A stretch of DNA of 64,000 bases from a bacterium (GTDB lineage Bacteria > UBA8248): assembly GCA_965204535.1 (NCBI GenBank), contig OZ241996.1, forward strand, positions 1,248,001-1,312,000. The letters run 5' to 3'. Made by a program: the position numbers and the translations under genes. How positions within the stretch are numbered: the stretch's first letter is position 1; each line of letters begins with the position of its first letter. The notes under the pieces are model-generated. The model did no database searches, was not told where the DNA came from, and saw only the letters and a list, made by a program, of their open reading frames with translations. Below are positions 60,537-64,000 of this stretch, piece after piece.

Positions 60537-60717
60537 GCGGTTGCCCTCTCATGATTTTGGCGTTTTTCCGTGAATCTGCGTGTGAATCGAGAACGGCGCA
60601 TTATGACGCATAAGAGCGTTGGGGGCCAAGGGGTCGAACGCGAGTGAGGAGCGAGTATTCGACCCGACTGAGTCAAGAGGGTTTCCCGAGTGATGAGTGA
60701 GGGTTCGCTGGGGGAGA

Positions 60718-60744
60718 TAGGGACAGGTCGCGACCTGTCCCTAC
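60718..60744. repeat. GTAG-type REP, copy of 38777-38804
   Basis: TAGGGACAGGTCGCGACCTGTCCCTAC. Confidence 0.85.
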
Positions 60745-60749
60745 AGTTT

Positions 60750-61646
60750 CTAATTTTTTCCCTCCGCTTTAGGCTTGATGCCGAGCTCCCTTCTTTTCCG
60801 GATCACGCCCGAGAGGCGGTACCATTCCGCGCGGCCGGGGTCGATTCTGGAGCCGCGCTCGATGAGGCGCGAGGCGAAGGCCGGCTCCTTGTTCAGATAA
60901 ACGAGCAGGGAGGCGAGGTTCAGGAGCACGCCCGCGTCTTCGGGCGATAATTCCTCCGCCGCCTTGAGCACCTTCTCCGCCTCTTCGTAGCGGTACTGGG
61001 AGACCAGGTATCTGGCGTACCTGTTGGAGACGACCGGGTTCTCGGGGGCGAGTTCGCGGGCCTTGTCATATGCGGCGAGCGTTTCTTCGAGATCACCCGC
61101 CTCGTCCATCACCTTCGCCAGGGCGAGCCAGGCGTCCACGTTTCCGGGATTGATCTCGAGATCGCGGCGGATGAGCGCAAGCGCGGCCTCGTCTTTTTTC
61201 TTCTCCATGAGCGCCAGGGCGCGTTCGTAATGCGCGCTCGTGGTTTTCTGGAGAATGGAAAATCCCTCGTCCGACTCGATGATTCTCGACGTGGCGCCGA
61301 GTTTCAAATCCTGCACCTCGGCCCGGACGCCGACGCTGAACTCAGAAGGCTCGGCCTTGCGGACCGCGACCGCTTTATCCCTGAACTCCCGGGCCACCTT
61401 GCGGAAGGGAATTCCGAGGATGGCGGTCTTGTCGTACGCTTCTTTCGCCGTGTCATAGTCGGGAAGCGTCAGCACGCGGAAAAAATGCGGCTCTTCGGTT
61501 TTTTTCACCTGTGGTCGTTTTGCTTCGGGCGCCGGTTTCTTCTGCTCCTTGGGAAGGAAGAGGGCGCGGATGTTAGCGCAGCCCGCAAGCATCAGGAGAA
61601 CCGCAAGGGCGGCAATAACTTTTCCGGGCAGCCTGCGTTCGCGCAT
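60750..61646 (-). CDS. lipoprotein with degenerate parvulin-like PPIase domain and TPR repeats
   Basis: LAGC lipobox, FRKVAREF..LKLGATSRIIESDEGFSIL, TPR helices (INPGNVDAW, LAPENP). Confidence 0.75.
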   Translation of the reverse strand: MRERRLPGKVIAALAVLLMLAGCANIRALFLPKEQKKPAPEAKRPQVKKTEEPHFFRVLTLPDYDTAKEAYDKTAILGIPFRKVAREFRDKAVAVRKAEPSEFSVGVRAEVQDLKLGATSRIIESDEGFSILQKTTSAHYERALALMEKKKDEAALALIRRDLEINPGNVDAWLALAKVMDEAGDLEETLAAYDKARELAPENPVVSNRYARYLVSQYRYEEAEKVLKAAEELSPEDAGVLLNLASLLVYLNKEPAFASRLIERGSRIDPGRAEWYRLSGVIRKRRELGIKPKAEGKN

Positions 61647-61653
61647 GGTGGTG

Positions 61654-62283
61654 CTAGGCTTCCCCGTCGGCCAGGGCGCGCTCGAAGGCTTGCCGGAAAA
61701 TTTCCATGGGCTGCGCGCCGGTGATCCTGTATTTGCCGGCGAAATCGACCGTAGGCGTGGACTGTATGCCTGCATTCACCGCCTCGACGTGATCCGCCCG
61801 GACGCGCTTTTCCATATCCGGGTTGGCCATGACCTCGCGCATGATCGCGGGCTCCGCTCCCAGCCGCTCGGCGGCGGTCACGAGCACCTCAAAGTCGTCG
61901 ATGTTCAGGCATACGACCAAGTGCGTTCTCTCCACGGCTTCGAGATATTCACCCTCGCGTTCGGGAAGTTGGGCGGCGAAGGCCTTTATCGCAATCGCGC
62001 CGGGGGTGGAGTGGGGGTAGGGAAAGTCGCGGCGCGCCATGAGTTCGGGATTGATCGCCTCGCCGCCGGGGTGGCTTTTCGCCATCGCCCAGTGGCCCAT
62101 GATGGCCTCCTTGCGGGCCGGACGATAGTCCGGTTCGGGCGAGAGCAGAAAGGCGCGGTATCGGATGGCGAGGCGCCCGCCCGCCTGCTCGCTCAATGTT
62201 CGCAACCGCCCGGTCGCGATGAGGCACCAGGCTCAGTGGACGCAATAGGTATAGGTGGCTTCTACGACGGATTCGTTCGGCAA
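61654..62283 (-). CDS. DsbA/FrnE-family probable selenoprotein (TGA at 62233-62235 read as Sec), 209 aa
   Basis: TTG start after GGGGAG; reads YTYCVH-U-AWCLIATGRL in frame with ORF 61654-62205 (GIQSTPT cis-Pro, ITGAQP); SECIS-like hairpin follows. Confidence 0.85.
62183..62232 (-). promoter_or_regulatory. bacterial SECIS-like hairpin
   Basis: GCCUG/CAGGC, CUCA/UGAG and UCGCGACC-GGGC-GGUUGCGA; loop starting 22 nt after UGA. Confidence 0.75.
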
Positions 62284-62361
62284 TGCGCGCTCCCCATCGT
62301 TCGGCGGACTTAAGGACCAATCCTTTCACCTCCAAGGATTCAGCGCAATACAGAATGTAGC

Positions 62362-63042
62362 TCAGCTAAGAAAGTCCCGCGTATGCCGGGCGCGCGAAGA
62401 ATCCTCGGAGAGGCGGCCCTTCAAGGCCTCCAGATCGTCCGCATCGTCCACGTCGCGCCACTCGGGGAGGAGGGAAACCTCGATATGGAGCGTGTCCGCT
62501 CTTGCAATCGTTCGGGAAAGCACCTCGCTCGTGCTCCAGGGTATGCCGGTGAAAATTTCAGGCAGGAACCGGTTCATCCCAATGAGATAGTAGCCCCCGT
62601 CCGCCGCGGGGCCGAGCGCGACGGTCGGTTCATCCCCGCACTCCAGCTTCTCGAACGCATCTATCAGAACTTCATGCGGCAGATCCGGGAAATCCGTGCC
62701 GATGAGCACAGCATTCCTCCCGGCCGCCAGGCATCGCCCCAGCGCCGCCGCCATGCGCATCCCTAAGTCCGCGCCCGCTTGCGCCCGGTGGAGAAAGGCG
62801 CCGGGCAGCCAGTCCGTGAGCGGAAAGTCATCGGGCGACTCGGCCTCCTCCAGCGCCCACTCGCAGACGAGGGAGACGCCCGGCCTCGCATCGCAGAGCG
62901 CGCGCGCCGTCTCGGCGGCGTCTCTTAAGAAACACGCATACAGATGCGCGGCCCCCTCGCGCCCGAGACTCGCCGCGAGGCGCGTCTTCACCCGGCCGGC
63001 GAGGGGCGGTTTGGCGAACAGGATGAGAGATTCAGCCGCCAT
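62362..63042 (-). CDS. TIGR04282/DUF2064 CofC-like transferase
   Basis: FAKPP.AGRVKTRL, Q.GADLGMRM, LIGTDFPDL, LGPAADGGYYLIG, WST, DVDDADDL. Confidence 0.9.
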   Translation of the reverse strand: MAAESLILFAKPPLAGRVKTRLAASLGREGAAHLYACFLRDAAETARALCDARPGVSLVCEWALEEAESPDDFPLTDWLPGAFLHRAQAGADLGMRMAAALGRCLAAGRNAVLIGTDFPDLPHEVLIDAFEKLECGDEPTVALGPAADGGYYLIGMNRFLPEIFTGIPWSTSEVLSRTIARADTLHIEVSLLPEWRDVDDADDLEALKGRLSEDSSRARHTRDFLS

Positions 63043-63152
63043 CGGTATCCCTGATGTGGAAGAGTCTGTGGAGTAAAACGCAGCGTCTTGTTAGAATCAT
63101 ACCCTCGTTTGATTATCATTTCGCGTCACACCGAGCAAAAAGGACACCCAAC

Positions 63153-63596
63153 ATGGAATTCAACCAGGAGATCACCGTCGCCGCCCCCCGGGAGAAGGTG
63201 TGGGATTTCATCTGGCAGGTCGAGGAGTTCGCCGCCTGCGTGCCCGGCGTGAAGGACGTGGAGAAGATAGACGACGCGACCTACGGCGTGCGTGTCGAGC
63301 AGAAGGTCAGTTTCCTGAAGGCGAGCTTTCAACTTCAGGTCAACATCGAGGAAGTCCGCGCGCCCGAGTACATCCGCACGGTGGGCGAGGGGAAGGACTC
63401 GAAAATCGCGGCGAGCCTCAAGCAGAAAAATGAGGTGACGCTAGAGGCCGTCTCAGAGAATGAAACCAGGGTGCGCATCGACTCGAGCGTCGACGTGTTC
63501 GGCAAACTCGGCTCGCTCGGCTTCACCGTCATCAAGAACCAGGCGAACAAGATATTCGCCGAGTTTGCAAAGAACGTGAAGGCGAAAGTGGAGTAG
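63153..63596 (+). CDS. CoxG/SRPBCC family protein
   Basis: VAAPREKVWDF, ACVPG, GKLGSLG. Confidence 0.85.
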   Translation: MEFNQEITVAAPREKVWDFIWQVEEFAACVPGVKDVEKIDDATYGVRVEQKVSFLKASFQLQVNIEEVRAPEYIRTVGEGKDSKIAASLKQKNEVTLEAVSENETRVRIDSSVDVFGKLGSLGFTVIKNQANKIFAEFAKNVKAKVE

Positions 63597-63756
63597 GGGC
63601 GGAAGCCTCCCGCCGCGCGGCGCGCCGCCGCAGTTTGCCGCACCACCGTTTGGCTGGGTTCGTCATTCCGGTGCCAGCCCCGACTGAGGAGAACAGTGAT
63701 TCACTCCCGGTCGGCTCAATACGCAGAATTACGAAGTGAGGCTTTTCCCAACCCCC

Positions 63757-64000
63757 TCACGGCCGCTTGATGATCCACTCCTCCACCAGTTCGCAGCCGC
63801 TCTCGCGGTAGAGCGCGGAAATGGGGCAGCGCCCGTGGTGCTGGTGCTTGAGTTCGGCCACCCGCTCCTCAGGCTCGTCCGTGGTGAGGTGGATTTTCGC
63901 CTCCACGTAATCGAAATTCGGGCTGATGCCGTTGTCCGGGTCCTTGGCGCCCCGGGGGTCGGCCGTGCCGCGAACCTCCACCTCCTGGGCGATGACGTTG
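63757..64000 (-). CDS. OsmC-family protein, 3' part (begins beyond the window)
   Basis: EVRGTADPRG, F..V, RCPISALY C-terminal Cys motif. Confidence 0.7.
   Translation of the reverse strand, partial: NVIAQEVEVRGTADPRGAKDPDNGISPNFDYVEAKIHLTTDEPEERVAELKHQHHGRCPISALYRESGCELVEEWIIKRP

Noticed and set aside
63679-63716. Hammerhead-like CTGAGGA
   Set aside because: No GAAA core partner; it is a simple hairpin (CCGACTG/CGGTCGG) between convergent genes.

Overview
Bacterial chromosomal window, mostly GC-rich with a markedly AT-shifted core segment at about 42-57 kb. Left to right: 3' end of ilvC; a cytochrome c maturation cluster (ccmE-F-x-y-A-B-C-D-H plus two TlpA thioredoxins) with a Cys-type CcmE; catabolic enzymes; an ABC importer with two ATPases and a tandemly duplicated (1533-bp period) solute-binding gene; HU, miaB and a UvrD/PcrA helicase; a small defence patch (BrnA with frameshifted BrnT, Dam-family MTase, N4/N6 MTase and a BglII/BstYI-type endonuclease); a 2-oxoacid/acetoin dehydrogenase E1a-E1b-E2 operon; the rimP-nusA-ylxR-infB-rbfA-truB-rpsO-pnp block; ada; and an allantoinase-like gene. 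The main hidden signal is two genes split by an in-frame TGA at a catalytic Cys position. One is an AhpD/CMD-like protein (CxxU). The other is a DsbA/FrnE-like protein (CxxUxxC), lying between a TIGR04282-type transferase and a PPIase/TPR lipoprotein. Each TGA is followed by a SECIS-like hairpin whose GGNC loop starts 22 nt downstream, so both are probable selenoproteins missed by the ORF track. All calls come from motif recognition by eye; no database searches were run.
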